A stretch of DNA of 32,000 bases from Providencia phage PSTCR7. Shown here piece after piece: positions 8,999 through 18,148 of this stretch. Under the pieces are notes generated by a model that did not search any database, was not told where the DNA came from, and worked only from the letters and a program-made list of their open reading frames with translations. The position numbers and the translations under genes were made by a program. How positions within the stretch are numbered: the stretch's first letter is position 1; each line of letters starts with the position of its first letter. The stretch is from sequence record MW057861.1. One strand, written 5' to 3'.

Positions 8999-9748
8999 TT
9001 AAGCTTCAGATGCTTCTTCTGTTTGTGCAACAGGTTCTTTTAATAAGTCTTTAAGAACTTCTGGTAACGGAATATCCACACGGCCATCAACAGCGTTGAA
9101 TTTTTTCCAGCGTGCGTATTCAGTTTTGATATTACCTTCATTTAAACCGTAGCCAGGAGCTAACTGTAACACAAAAGAAACAGGAACAGGTTGCTGCAAA
9201 CGAGAAGAACATTCGTCCATTAGTGCCCATGCTTGGCCGCATAAAGTTTCTGGACGTGGACGACGTACACCATTTTGCTCAGGCATTTGAGAAGCTGCTT
9301 TTTTAGCTTCTGCTGCTGCTTGTTTACGAATTTTTTCTTCTTCGCGAAACGCTTTACGAATTTCTCCAAAAGATTTTGCGTGTTTTTCAATTTCAGAAAC
9401 AAGACCTTCTGCTGCTGTTACCGCACCTTTCAGTTCTTCGTTGTCTTTAAATTTACGGGACTGTTCGCGAATTAATTTTAAGCTACCGCGAGCAATTTTT
9501 AATTGTTCTTTGCATTGAGCTTCAGATTGTTTAGTAGCTTCAACGTTAGATGCATCTACACTTGCAGTAATTGCACCAACACCAGCAACAATCTCTGTTA
9601 AGTTGTTATATTCGCGTGTAACTGTTTCAGTTGCCACTTGAACTTTAGCCTGCAAATCCGCTTGTTTTTTAGCTTCTTTGTCTGCTGCTTCTTTTTTCTT
9701 AGCTGCTTCAGCTGCTTCTTTTGCTGCAATTTCTTCTGGAGATAACAT
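8999..9748 (-). CDS. Charged coiled-coil-like protein with a C-terminal domain shared with two other ORFs
   Basis: 249 aa; C-terminus RPETLCGQAWALMDECSSRLQQPVPVSFVLQLAPGYGLNEGNIKTEYARWKKF resembles ORF 28269..28916. Confidence 0.7.
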   Translation of the reverse strand: MLSPEEIAAKEAAEAAKKKEAADKEAKKQADLQAKVQVATETVTREYNNLTEIVAGVGAITASVDASNVEATKQSEAQCKEQLKIARGSLKLIREQSRKFKDNEELKGAVTAAEGLVSEIEKHAKSFGEIRKAFREEEKIRKQAAAEAKKAASQMPEQNGVRRPRPETLCGQAWALMDECSSRLQQPVPVSFVLQLAPGYGLNEGNIKTEYARWKKFNAVDGRVDIPLPEVLKDLLKEPVAQTEEASEA

Positions 9749-9805
9749 AATAAGATCCTTAAACTGTGAATTGTGAAGTTTGTCTTTTGCTAAAAAAGTA
9801 AGGTT

Positions 9806-9834
9806 ACTATAATTAATATCTCGTTATTAAACAA
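9806..9834 (-). promoter_or_regulatory. Candidate sigma70-type promoter upstream of ORF 8999..9748
   Basis: Minus strand TTGTTT (9834-9829), 17-bp spacer, TATAGT (9811-9806), in the intergenic gap 9749-9847. Confidence 0.45.
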
Positions 9835-9847
9835 GTTGATATTTTAA

Positions 9848-10567
9848 TCAAAAAGGTGCTGTTTCTTTGTGCCACTTACCAAGCTCATTGCTTGCACTAT
9901 TTCTGTTAACCCCTTGTTTTTCAAGCTCGTTCATTATTTGTTTACGCAAAGACAAAACTTCACCTTTGTCTGTTGGACTACCTGCATCTAACCACATTGA
10001 TGTCGCAACATCCCAGATAATTTGTTTACTTCCGGTCATTCTTTGATGTGAACTTTTATTTATTTTTTGTGCAGGTGTTATACTTTGTGTAATTTTAATA
10101 TCTTCAACTGTTTTCCAATCACATTTGAAATTTACATTATTAAGATTGCAAGTCGTATCATTTACTAAAAACATCTTATCTACAATGGTTATTGGCATTT
10201 TAATGCTTGCAAAACCTTCTTTAATTTTACCGTTTTCAATGTGCATATATTCGATGTTTTTATCTATAGCTTGTTGTGCAAAATTGCTAGTCACATTTGC
10301 ACTAGGTAAATTTTGCGAATACTTTGCAAGAGTTGTTAATATAATTGCACATACCTTGTCAGAACTGAAGATACATCCTGCTAAATCTCCAGTTAGATGA
10401 ATATACATTTTTTGAATATCCTCTGCTGAATAATCTAACAAGGATTTGTCAGCCGGTATTACATGCGCACAATCTTTACAAAGTGCGCAACCAAGTTCCC
10501 ATAAATATTCGTAATTATTAGAATATGCAAGTATTGCCATTTTATCCGAATTGATTAACAAATACAT
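9848..10567 (-). CDS. Hypothetical protein with a divergent version of the shared C-terminal domain
   Basis: 239 aa; C-terminus GSKQIIWDVATSMWLDAGSPTDKGEVLSLRKQIMNELEKQGVNRNSASNELGKWHKE. Confidence 0.7.
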   Translation of the reverse strand: MYLLINSDKMAILAYSNNYEYLWELGCALCKDCAHVIPADKSLLDYSAEDIQKMYIHLTGDLAGCIFSSDKVCAIILTTLAKYSQNLPSANVTSNFAQQAIDKNIEYMHIENGKIKEGFASIKMPITIVDKMFLVNDTTCNLNNVNFKCDWKTVEDIKITQSITPAQKINKSSHQRMTGSKQIIWDVATSMWLDAGSPTDKGEVLSLRKQIMNELEKQGVNRNSASNELGKWHKETAPF

Positions 10568-10571
10568 AATA

Positions 10572-12482
10572 TCACCATGGAGCCTCGTCTGGATTTTCGG
10601 CTATTTTAGCATTCATTATATTGGTGTTCAATTGTGATAACTCTTGTTGGTCTGAATCATAAGCATTTTGTGCATTTTCAATTATTGCATTAAGATTAAT
10701 CCCATTAGTAGATAATACCTGAATAGGGATTTGTTCATTTGTGGATTGCATTGTGTTAAAACATGTTCCGTCGTAACAAATATCTAAAATCTCAGGAAAT
10801 GGCTTATTTACCCATACTCGTAAATGAGTTGGTGTTGGGAGCTGTGCAACATATTGCAATGCTTGATCTACACTTTCCGGAGTTGGAATGTCTTTTGTAC
10901 GTGTACGCCACCACTGTCTCGCTTTACGAGCAGCAAACTCGTTAATGTGGTTAATACATACAAATTCTTCTATTTTTCGACTTCCTACATCGTATGTTAC
11001 TTTCAATGTAGGCGGTTTCGTGGAATCTGCTCTGTTTAGATTTTTTTGATAAATAACAGATCGTACTGCAAAAGTTTCTACAACTGGTTCTGTAGTTTTA
11101 ATTAACTCTTTTGTTTCTGCTTGCCTTTTTAATTTAACTTGAAACTCAAATTCATTTCCACAATAACCTTCCATTTGATGTGGTGCAGGTACACCTCCAC
11201 AATAACGAGCACTTGCGTGATTCCATGCACCACATCTTGCACAGTCTTTAACAGGTGCATCACCTTTTCTTTTCTTTTCTCCAGGCCTCGCAGGTTTAAC
11301 AGGGTCGTTTATAGGGCCTATTCTTCGCGTGTTGCCGCTATAATCCAGCACTCTACAATACTGCTTACAACTTGCGGAAATCGCCTGTAATCGTCCCTCT
11401 TGCGTGGATAAATCGAATCCTTCGCTATAAACGGGACGTGTTCCTCTACCTAACATTTGAACCCATAAGCCAGGAGATGTAGTTGGACGCAACATCACAA
11501 TTAAGTCCAATTCTGGATGGTCAAACCCTGTAGTTAAAACGTTATTGTTTGCAATAGCTGTAATTCGACCTTCCTTAAAATCTGTCAGTATTCTAGCTCT
11601 ATCTGTTGCAGACATCTTACCGTCAACAACTTCACATGTTACCCCTTTTGCATTGAGCATTTGGGAAACAGTGTTGGCATGTTCTAATCCTGAACAAAAT
11701 ATTAGCCAGCTGTTAAGATGCTCTTGCTCTGCGGTCATCATTGCTTCGTCTATTGCATTTTCAGTTAGTGAATCTTGATTAACCACATTTTGTAAGTCTT
11801 TAAGATTAAAGTCTCCCATGCTTTTCTTAACTTTACTTACATCAAATTCCATTTTGGTTCTTTTTGAAACAACAGGCACAAGATAACCTTGTTCTATAAA
11901 CCAATTAAAAGACTCTGGAGTACAAGCGTCAAACACTTTCTCATCAAACAATGCTTTGTCTTCTGGGAACTGTTTAACAATTGATCCAAATCCGGTTCTG
12001 AAATCTGTTGCTGTAAGGCCTATTACTTTCAAATAAGGATTATATTTTTTTAACTCATCGAAGAATTTTTGATATGTTGTAGATTGCGACGGGCTTATAG
12101 TGTGAGCTTCGTCTACAATAATTAGAGATGTATTTTTAAAGAACGCTGCTTTATTTTTTACAGAACCTATCCCTGCATAAGTTATAGGTCTATAAAGTTC
12201 CTTTTTATTTAAACCGGCACTATATATACCAACTGGCGCATCTGGCCACACGGATACAAGTTTATTATAGTTCTGCTCAATTAGTTCTTTAACGTGTGTT
12301 AACATTAATATGTTTTGGTTTCCATAATAGCGAAACACTAATTCAATAAAACCTGCAATAACTAAGCTCTTACCTGTTCCTGTAGGCAACACAATAAGAG
12401 GGTTTCCTGAGTCCGATCCGTGCTTTTCAAAATAACGAAAAACAGAATAAACGGCCTCCTGTTGATAGTCTCTTAATTTCAT
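10572..12482 (-). CDS. DEAD/DEAH-box superfamily 2 helicase
   Basis: LPTGTGKSLVIAG (Walker A), DEAHTISP (Walker B/DEAH), LIVMLRPTTSPGLWVQMLGRGTRP (motif VI-like), Cys-rich CARCGAWNHASARYCGG insert. Confidence 0.88.
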   Translation of the reverse strand: MKLRDYQQEAVYSVFRYFEKHGSDSGNPLIVLPTGTGKSLVIAGFIELVFRYYGNQNILMLTHVKELIEQNYNKLVSVWPDAPVGIYSAGLNKKELYRPITYAGIGSVKNKAAFFKNTSLIIVDEAHTISPSQSTTYQKFFDELKKYNPYLKVIGLTATDFRTGFGSIVKQFPEDKALFDEKVFDACTPESFNWFIEQGYLVPVVSKRTKMEFDVSKVKKSMGDFNLKDLQNVVNQDSLTENAIDEAMMTAEQEHLNSWLIFCSGLEHANTVSQMLNAKGVTCEVVDGKMSATDRARILTDFKEGRITAIANNNVLTTGFDHPELDLIVMLRPTTSPGLWVQMLGRGTRPVYSEGFDLSTQEGRLQAISASCKQYCRVLDYSGNTRRIGPINDPVKPARPGEKKRKGDAPVKDCARCGAWNHASARYCGGVPAPHQMEGYCGNEFEFQVKLKRQAETKELIKTTEPVVETFAVRSVIYQKNLNRADSTKPPTLKVTYDVGSRKIEEFVCINHINEFAARKARQWWRTRTKDIPTPESVDQALQYVAQLPTPTHLRVWVNKPFPEILDICYDGTCFNTMQSTNEQIPIQVLSTNGINLNAIIENAQNAYDSDQQELSQLNTNIMNAKIAENPDEAPW

Positions 12483-13486
12483 TATTTCTTCCCGTAATAC
12501 TCGGCAACATTATATGCAGAACATGCAGCCAACTGTTCTTCTTTTGTAATTATTTTGTCATGTAATACACAAGACCATGACCCGTCATCATTTGTTATAC
12601 TATAACGACAGGTTCTGCAATTAACCTCTGGCATTTTACCTCGATGACAAACATCAGAATGCTCACACCATTTACATTTAAACCAACTTGATGTATTAGA
12701 AATACGAGATGGTAATGTATTAATTGTGGTTATTTGAATACCCTTATCTATCTCCATATCTGCAAATTCACTATTTAAATAAATAATTTCCGCCCATATT
12801 TCATCATTATTTTTATTAACAGCCAAATATAATGCAGCCGGCAAATTATAAGCTCTCATGTAAACTTGCATTTGTGTATAATGTTCAGGTTTAGATTCCT
12901 CGACACCTTCCTTCTTTAATTTAGCAAAAGATTTATCATTATGTGTTTTCATTTCTGTTAACACTGCTAAATTTTGATTATCAAAATCCGGACAACCTAC
13001 AACAATTCCGTCAATTGCAGAACCTAAATGTCCACCTCTGTAACTAACACGATATTGATGTCCTTTTTCGTCCTGTTGATAAACCTGAATACCTGCTGCA
13101 AGTAACAATGCAATGAATCTTGCTTCTTCTAAATGACCTCTATTAAATAGTCTTAAGGTTTGACCAGAAAAACGGGGTTTTGTCGCCCATCTAAAAGTAA
13201 AAAATAGCTTTGCATTACATTCGTCACCTAGCATGGAAACGCCCAAATGAGAACGAAACCCCCCGTCGTCTGCTCTATATGCGTCGTCCATACATGGAAT
13301 AACTTTTCCTAACCATTGACGATAATTAGAACCTTGATCTTGTTCTACTGCTTTTTCAAACGCTTGCATTGTTTTAGTTGCGGGAATTACAACATGACCC
13401 ATGATAATGTCTCCTGTTACAAAAACAGCTCCCGAAGGAGCTGTGTAATTAACTTGAAATATTACTGCTGTGCAGGTCGATTCCAA
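12482..13486 (-). CDS. PD-(D/E)XK (RecB/Cas4-like) nuclease
   Basis: GHLEEARFIALLLAAG, GHLGSAIDGIV, AVLTEMKTHND (E-X-K), QMQVYMRAY; C-terminal Cys clusters CKWCEHSDVC and CRTCRYS. Confidence 0.75.
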   Translation of the reverse strand: MESTCTAVIFQVNYTAPSGAVFVTGDIIMGHVVIPATKTMQAFEKAVEQDQGSNYRQWLGKVIPCMDDAYRADDGGFRSHLGVSMLGDECNAKLFFTFRWATKPRFSGQTLRLFNRGHLEEARFIALLLAAGIQVYQQDEKGHQYRVSYRGGHLGSAIDGIVVGCPDFDNQNLAVLTEMKTHNDKSFAKLKKEGVEESKPEHYTQMQVYMRAYNLPAALYLAVNKNNDEIWAEIIYLNSEFADMEIDKGIQITTINTLPSRISNTSSWFKCKWCEHSDVCHRGKMPEVNCRTCRYSITNDDGSWSCVLHDKIITKEEQLAACSAYNVAEYYGKK

Positions 13487-14457
13487 GGTGCAGGAGTTTG
13501 TCCTGCTACTGGTTGACTAGCACCTGTTTGCCATGGTGCTGGAGCCTGCTGTGCAGGGTGAGCAGGTTCTTGTGGCGCATTTGGTTGCGTTACTTGGCCT
13601 GCTTGTTGTGGTGCATTTGCTGCCGCTTGTGCTGCCGGATCTACTTGTTGCTGAGCCCATGCAGGTTGAGCAGCTTGTGTATCAGGAGCCTGCGTTTGTT
13701 GTGTTTGCGGTTGTGGCTGTGCTTCTACAACAGGAGCTTGAGGCTGATTCCACGGTTGCGTTCCCGCCTGAACAGGTTGTTGAGCTTGTTGCGCCGGAGC
13801 CTGTTGTTGCGCTTGTTGGTTCCACGGTTGATTTGCCGGTTGCTGTGGCGCATTAGTTTGTGGTTGTGCAGGCTGTTGTGGAGCTGCAAAATTTGGTTGC
13901 GTAGGAGCTGTAAATCCTTGCGGAGCTGCTGCTTGTTGCGCAGGCTGCGAAGGAAATGCATTAGGAGCTTGTCCAGCAAATCCAGGAGGTGGTGTCATTG
14001 TACTACCTGTTGTACCCACATTAGAGGTGGCATATTTAACTTGTTTCTGTACAGACTCGTATCCAGAAACTTCGTTACGAGGTTCTTCGTCTGCGTCTCT
14101 TGGTTTAGTTACTTTCAATTTAATGTGCAGTGGGCGCATTTGTAACTGCTGAACATCATTAAATTGAGGAACACCTGCAGAAATAGACAACGCTGCCAAC
14201 TCGTTCATACCAATTTCTACAGCCTGTGCATTTGCATTTTGCACGTTGTAATTTGCCCAAACCTTACGACCTGCTGCAAACTCAGGATGTAAAATTTCAA
14301 AAGTTGTAGCAATGAACATGCCGCCTGGAGCACGAGTTGGGCGAACTTCTGCGTCTACTACTTGTGCGACATACCAACCTACCGGCAATGTATCAAATGT
14401 TTGTGATGGATTATGTTGAGAAGCATCAAACTGAAAACTTGTAATTTTATCGCTCAT
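13462..14457 (-). CDS. DUF669-like protein with Gln/Pro/Ala-rich low-complexity C-terminus
   Basis: N-terminal DASQHNPSQTFDTLPVGWYVAQVVDAEVRPT...GGMFIATTFEILHPEFAAGRKVWANYNVQN typical of DUF669; C-terminal ~150 aa is Q/P/A-rich. Confidence 0.75.
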   Translation of the reverse strand: MSDKITSFQFDASQHNPSQTFDTLPVGWYVAQVVDAEVRPTRAPGGMFIATTFEILHPEFAAGRKVWANYNVQNANAQAVEIGMNELAALSISAGVPQFNDVQQLQMRPLHIKLKVTKPRDADEEPRNEVSGYESVQKQVKYATSNVGTTGSTMTPPPGFAGQAPNAFPSQPAQQAAAPQGFTAPTQPNFAAPQQPAQPQTNAPQQPANQPWNQQAQQQAPAQQAQQPVQAGTQPWNQPQAPVVEAQPQPQTQQTQAPDTQAAQPAWAQQQVDPAAQAAANAPQQAGQVTQPNAPQEPAHPAQQAPAPWQTGASQPVAGQTPAPWNRPAQQ

Positions 14458-14466
14458 TGTGATTTC

Positions 14467-15213
14467 CTATTGTTGAGGGTTTGAACCTGCTGCATGTGCA
14501 ACAATTTTGTTAATAACATTACCCAAATGAGGGTATTCCATAAATTCCAATGCTCCCGAACGATCTTTCGCTGTTGATTGCATGTCAATGCCTGTTTGTA
14601 ACCAACGAAAACTCGTCTGAGTTGTTTGATCTTTACCTACCTGAAGACGAAAAACCTCGTCAAAGAAGTATGGAAGTTGATCACCTAATTTGGATCCTGG
14701 CATAGCTGGCCCAAAGCGAGTCATGCCGTCAACATTGTCTTTAGATTTTTCCATTTTTGCAGAAAAATAAACATGTTTGTTTGGAATGTCTCTAAACTTA
14801 CGAACCAATATTGTCATTCTGTCAATTAGGTCACCATATGCCTGACGAGGATCTTTAACAGATTTCTTAGCATTACTTAAACACTTTTCTGCAATTTCTG
14901 TAATGCTATCTAACCCAACGCTTGAATACTGATCTGGATTAGAAATGAGCCAGTTATATGCAGCGTCAACATCTTCGATTGTTTCAATACTAATAAAACG
15001 AACATCGTAACAAATATTAGGTTGATTAACTCCAAATACTTTTTCAATGTTCCCGCGACTTAATGATAATAAACCACTTTCCGCACTAATAATAATGGGG
15101 TTCGGTAGTGTTGCACATAGCATTGTTTTACCAATACCTGCATCACCGTATGTAAGGATCTTAACCCCAAAATCATTAGTCATTTGTGACGTACTTCCGA
15201 ATTGCATTGCCAT
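14467..15213 (-). CDS. RecA-like AAA ATPase, Sak4-like recombinase
   Basis: ILTYGDAGIGKTMLCATLPNPIIISAESGLLSL and SVGLDSITEIAEKCL; 248 aa, adjacent to DUF669-like and RecB-like genes. Confidence 0.72.
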   Translation of the reverse strand: MAMQFGSTSQMTNDFGVKILTYGDAGIGKTMLCATLPNPIIISAESGLLSLSRGNIEKVFGVNQPNICYDVRFISIETIEDVDAAYNWLISNPDQYSSVGLDSITEIAEKCLSNAKKSVKDPRQAYGDLIDRMTILVRKFRDIPNKHVYFSAKMEKSKDNVDGMTRFGPAMPGSKLGDQLPYFFDEVFRLQVGKDQTTQTSFRWLQTGIDMQSTAKDRSGALEFMEYPHLGNVINKIVAHAAGSNPQQ

Positions 15214-15273
15214 TACAGACTCCTAATGTGGTTAAGGTCTACATAATACAACTAATTCAATTAGATAAACAAG

Positions 15274-16203
15274 TTAATCTTTAACAATATCGCTAGGATT
15301 GCGAATATTTACAAAAGTTGGGAATCTTGGCTTATCTTTGACACCTTTTGGAAAGTGTTTATATGAAATTATCTGATTTACAATTTTATAAGGATTTTGA
15401 AAATAATCCCGTCTTTCTTCTGCTGTCATTTTACCAGCACTAACCGTGATGATATTGCCAGTCTTAATATCGCGACATTGCAAGCTTCCGACCATCCCAT
15501 TTGGAACCATATTGTCCATATGAGAACTTCTTTTTGCATAACCTAAACGATCTTCAACCAACTCATTTTCGTTGGTCTGTCCTTCGTTAATACTTAATAC
15601 AAGGGCGTCCTCTTGTACAAAGGTTTTATATCGAACATAACCACATTGTAATGGTGTAGATCTTCCGTGTTTATATGTTGCAGACGGGTCTCTTCCAATA
15701 GATCCTTCATAACCCATGTCGCACCATATCATATCCTGTTCTAAAAACTCGATTTCGTTATAAACCATTACATAAGGTACAACTTTAATATATTCAAATT
15801 TACCTTGTTCGTGTTGTGTTGCAATAAAATCTCGCATCATTGCATAGCGTTCTATGTAAGATTTGTTTGCAACAGTTAACGCACATAAATCGAATACGTT
15901 CCAATAAATTTCAGGATTACCTTGAATTGTACTAAGGGCAGATGAAGTAATTCTACAAAGATCGCTACGAGTCAAATCGTCACCAAGTGTTAATTCTCCA
16001 TCAAAGCCTATATATTCAGGTCTGCCAAAACGCTCATTTGAAAACAAATTATCCAAAGGTCTTAATGTTCTTCCTACCAAAGACCCATGAATATTTAATC
16101 CTCTTACACCATCAATTTTAGGCATAGACATTAATGGAAATCTTGCTTTTTTAAGATCTATATCACATGCCAAAAATGGTTTAAAGTGAGCCTGTTGTTT
16201 CAT
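15274..16203 (-). CDS. ATP-dependent DNA ligase
   Basis: Motif I MPKIDGVRG, YIGFDGELTLG, GYEGSIGRDP, late K-rich GVKDKPRFP. Confidence 0.7.
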   Translation of the reverse strand: MKQQAHFKPFLACDIDLKKARFPLMSMPKIDGVRGLNIHGSLVGRTLRPLDNLFSNERFGRPEYIGFDGELTLGDDLTRSDLCRITSSALSTIQGNPEIYWNVFDLCALTVANKSYIERYAMMRDFIATQHEQGKFEYIKVVPYVMVYNEIEFLEQDMIWCDMGYEGSIGRDPSATYKHGRSTPLQCGYVRYKTFVQEDALVLSINEGQTNENELVEDRLGYAKRSSHMDNMVPNGMVGSLQCRDIKTGNIITVSAGKMTAEERRDYFQNPYKIVNQIISYKHFPKGVKDKPRFPTFVNIRNPSDIVKD

Positions 16204-16772
16204 ACTTTTACCTTTTTACTTTCTATTAATTCGCATACATGTTTAAGATTAGATTTAGAATCTTTATGTTTATCTTTGTTACGTGTTTTGTTTTTAGCTA
16301 AACGCTTCTTTTCTTTTTCCAACCGAATTAATGATCTGGCCTTTTGCATATAATCGTAAGCAAGTCTATCGCAATATTGTTGAGCTTTAGATCGACTATC
16401 TAAAGTCTTGCTGTGTCCTTTTACATGCCTAAATGTTATCTTTAATTTGTATTTAGTTACAATATTAGAAAACCAGTCACAGATCTTTTTTCTTACTTCA
16501 CATTGTCCTACAGTATTTCCTTTTAAAATGCCAAGACCGTCTGTAGCATCACATTGAACTAATACTATGTCCCCTGCGAAAATTAACCCTCCTTTCATTG
16601 CATAAGCAAGTGCATTACATATACCCATAGCTTCTGCGACACCTGAATTAGTGGCTCCATTTAGTATAGAGCCATATGATTTTTTACCTCTTTTACATGC
16701 AACCCAAGAACCAAATCCTGCGGCCTTTGTTTTATCACAGTAAGAGGCATCACTTATGATAGTTACATGCAT
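16200..16772 (-). CDS. RNase H-like nuclease
   Basis: MHVTIISDASYC...AAGFGSWV, AEAMGICNAL, QCDATDG, FRHVKGHSK...YCDRLA carry the RNase HI acidic residue/His pattern. Confidence 0.75.
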   Translation of the reverse strand: MHVTIISDASYCDKTKAAGFGSWVACKRGKKSYGSILNGATNSGVAEAMGICNALAYAMKGGLIFAGDIVLVQCDATDGLGILKGNTVGQCEVRKKICDWFSNIVTKYKLKITFRHVKGHSKTLDSRSKAQQYCDRLAYDYMQKARSLIRLEKEKKRLAKNKTRNKDKHKDSKSNLKHVCELIESKKVKV

Positions 16773-17185
16773 TATAATGTTATCTTCAATGTAGGGGATG
16801 CAGGTTTGATTTCTACTAACTGACCAAACACTTCTTTTGCTTCACCTGTTAACGTTTTGTATTCTTTAATCTTTAACTCAGGTTTGCTTTTAATGTAATC
16901 GTCTATGTTAATTTGCATTTCTGCACATTGTTTACGAACAGATTCCATCAATTCTGGTAAAACTTTATAACTTAGTTTGTGCTCCATTGCTAAAATAGCA
17001 CCATCAGGTAACTCATGTTTGTTCATTCCCACTTTTGGATTAGGAAAAAAGTAACGAGATAATGCAGTACGAAGCGCCATTTCTGTTTCTTTAATTGACC
17101 GTAACTGATCAGCTAAACGATACCATTCCGCAAGTTGTTGCATTGCATGTTCATCGTTTTGAATTACAAATACAGGTTTAGACAT
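16772..17185 (-). CDS. Hypothetical protein in the replication module
   Basis: 137-aa ORF translationally coupled to the RNase H-like gene. Confidence 0.7.
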   Translation of the reverse strand: MSKPVFVIQNDEHAMQQLAEWYRLADQLRSIKETEMALRTALSRYFFPNPKVGMNKHELPDGAILAMEHKLSYKVLPELMESVRKQCAEMQINIDDYIKSKPELKIKEYKTLTGEAKEVFGQLVEIKPASPTLKITL

Positions 17186-17243
17186 TTTTAATTACTCCGC
17201 TTGTTAAATTTAAAACTACTATAAAACAATTCAACATTAAAAG

Positions 17244-17696
17244 CTAGGATGCATTTCCACGGTCTTTGATGTACTGAATCGCATGTTCTTTAAAAATTTC
17301 TAAAAAATCTTCTATGGACATTTCAGCACGAACCCATTTTATTTGCTCTTCATTGTATGCACGTAAAGGGTTAACAAACATTACACATTTCCATTTCTTT
17401 TGATTCTGCCTGTATAACAGCACTGGAAATTTACCTGTTTCTTCTGCGCTGACCACAGTTTGTTTCCACCATGTATTGATGGCTAGGTTTTCTTGTCTTT
17501 TAACTTCTATTGCATAATTACAAGTGTTAGAGATATCACATCCGCCGACAGCAGATTGATTTTGATTTCTTTGTGCGATATCTTTTTCTGGAAAGGGGAT
17601 ATTTAAAATGGCATATACTTTACGATAAACATCGTTCAACATTCTACAGATTTCCCTTTCCCCTTCCTGACCCTTAGTTCTTACATTTATTGCCAT
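17244..17696 (-). CDS. Holliday-junction-resolvase/VRR-like PD-(D/E)XK nuclease
   Basis: KGQEGEREICRMLNDVY, VGGCDISNTCNYAIEVKRQENL (D...ExK). Confidence 0.65.
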   Translation of the reverse strand: MAINVRTKGQEGEREICRMLNDVYRKVYAILNIPFPEKDIAQRNQNQSAVGGCDISNTCNYAIEVKRQENLAINTWWKQTVVSAEETGKFPVLLYRQNQKKWKCVMFVNPLRAYNEEQIKWVRAEMSIEDFLEIFKEHAIQYIKDRGNAS

Positions 17697-17808
17697 CTTT
17701 TTTATCCTTACTTTTAACAGGTGCTTTCGGTTTAATAGGAGAAATGTGGTTAGGGTAAGAGAAAATTGGATTAGTCCAAAATGGAACTTTTAAATGAGGA
17801 TCAAACAT
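17674..17808 (-). CDS. 44-aa leader-proximal ORF, not in supplied track
   Basis: ATG at 17808 preceded by AACGGAGC; MFDPHLKVPFWTNPIFSYPNHISPIKPKAPVKSKDKKDGNKCKN*, overlaps the start of ORF 17244..17696 by 23 nt. Confidence 0.5.
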   Translation of the reverse strand: MFDPHLKVPFWTNPIFSYPNHISPIKPKAPVKSKDKKDGNKCKN

Positions 17809-17836
17809 AATAATGCTCCGTTGTTAAATTAAACGT

Positions 17837-17865
17837 ATTATATTTAAATCATTTGCAATATACAA
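17837..17865 (-). promoter_or_regulatory. Candidate promoter for the minus-strand replication/modification block
   Basis: Minus strand TTGTAT (17865-17860), 17-bp spacer, perfect TATAAT (17842-17837), ~30 nt upstream of the 17808 ATG. Confidence 0.55.
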
Positions 17866-17866
17866 A

Positions 17867-17895
17867 TAAAAAAAAGACCTATCCGAAGATAGGTC
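17867..17895 (-). terminator. Strong rho-independent terminator with UUCG loop
   Basis: Minus strand GACCTATC-TTCG-GATAGGTC-TTTTTTTTTATTTG; perfect 8-bp stem plus 9-T tract, with no convincing ORF upstream. Confidence 0.9.
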
Positions 17896-17944
17896 AAACA
17901 GGGATGGAAAATTGAAATTACATCTAAAGGTATCACATGCGCAA

Positions 17945-17974
17945 ATTCTAAAATAAGTCTACCTATTTTAGAAT
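17945..17974. repeat. Perfect 11-bp inverted repeat, 8-nt loop
   Basis: ATTCTAAAATA-AGTCTACC-TATTTTAGAAT. Confidence 0.9.
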
Positions 17975-18118
17975 CCCCTCAGAAACAAACACGACACTTG
18001 CTCCTAAGGGGGAATCGTACTTCTTCTGGAATTATCACAGTATCCAGAGGGCTCTGTGAAGCCCAATTTGCGTACACTATTATATTGTCTTACCCGTATA
18101 CGCCAATCTAGGGTAGTC

Positions 18119-18148
18119 TTTATATTTTTGCAACAAAACTACAGTCAA
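18119..18148 (-). promoter_or_regulatory. Promoter of the candidate ncRNA
   Basis: Minus strand TTGACT (18148-18143; second TTGACT at 18156-18151), 18-bp spacer, TATAAA (18124-18119). Confidence 0.65.

Larger units (their letters stand above)
17867..18112 (-). ncRNA. Candidate ~245-nt structured non-coding RNA gene
   Basis: Promoter TTGACT-18 bp-TATAAA at 18148-18119, no convincing ORF, internal hairpins (11-bp at 17974-17945) and terminator at 17895-17867. Confidence 0.65.

Noticed and set aside
9220-9475. ORFs 9220..9402(-) and 9275..9475(+)
   Set aside because: Composition artefacts of the Lys/Ala/Glu-rich coding sequence; Phe/Cys-rich and Lys-rich translations typical of shadow frames.
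10125-13516. + strand ORFs 10125..10400, 10763..10945, 10824..11039, 11139..11390, 11545..11778, 13316..13516
   Set aside because: All antisense to supported helicase/nuclease/hypothetical genes with no recognisable domain.
13498-14145. 215-aa + strand ORF, 107-aa + ORF and 84-aa minus ORF in the Q/P/A-rich segment
   Set aside because: Long alternative frames are expected opposite low-complexity GC-richer repeats; DUF669-like reading frame explains the region.
17867-18112. tRNA or CRISPR interpretation of the structured non-coding region
   Set aside because: No cloverleaf arms, T-loop GGTTCRANNCC motif or CCA-like end was found, and no regularly spaced identical repeats with spacers.
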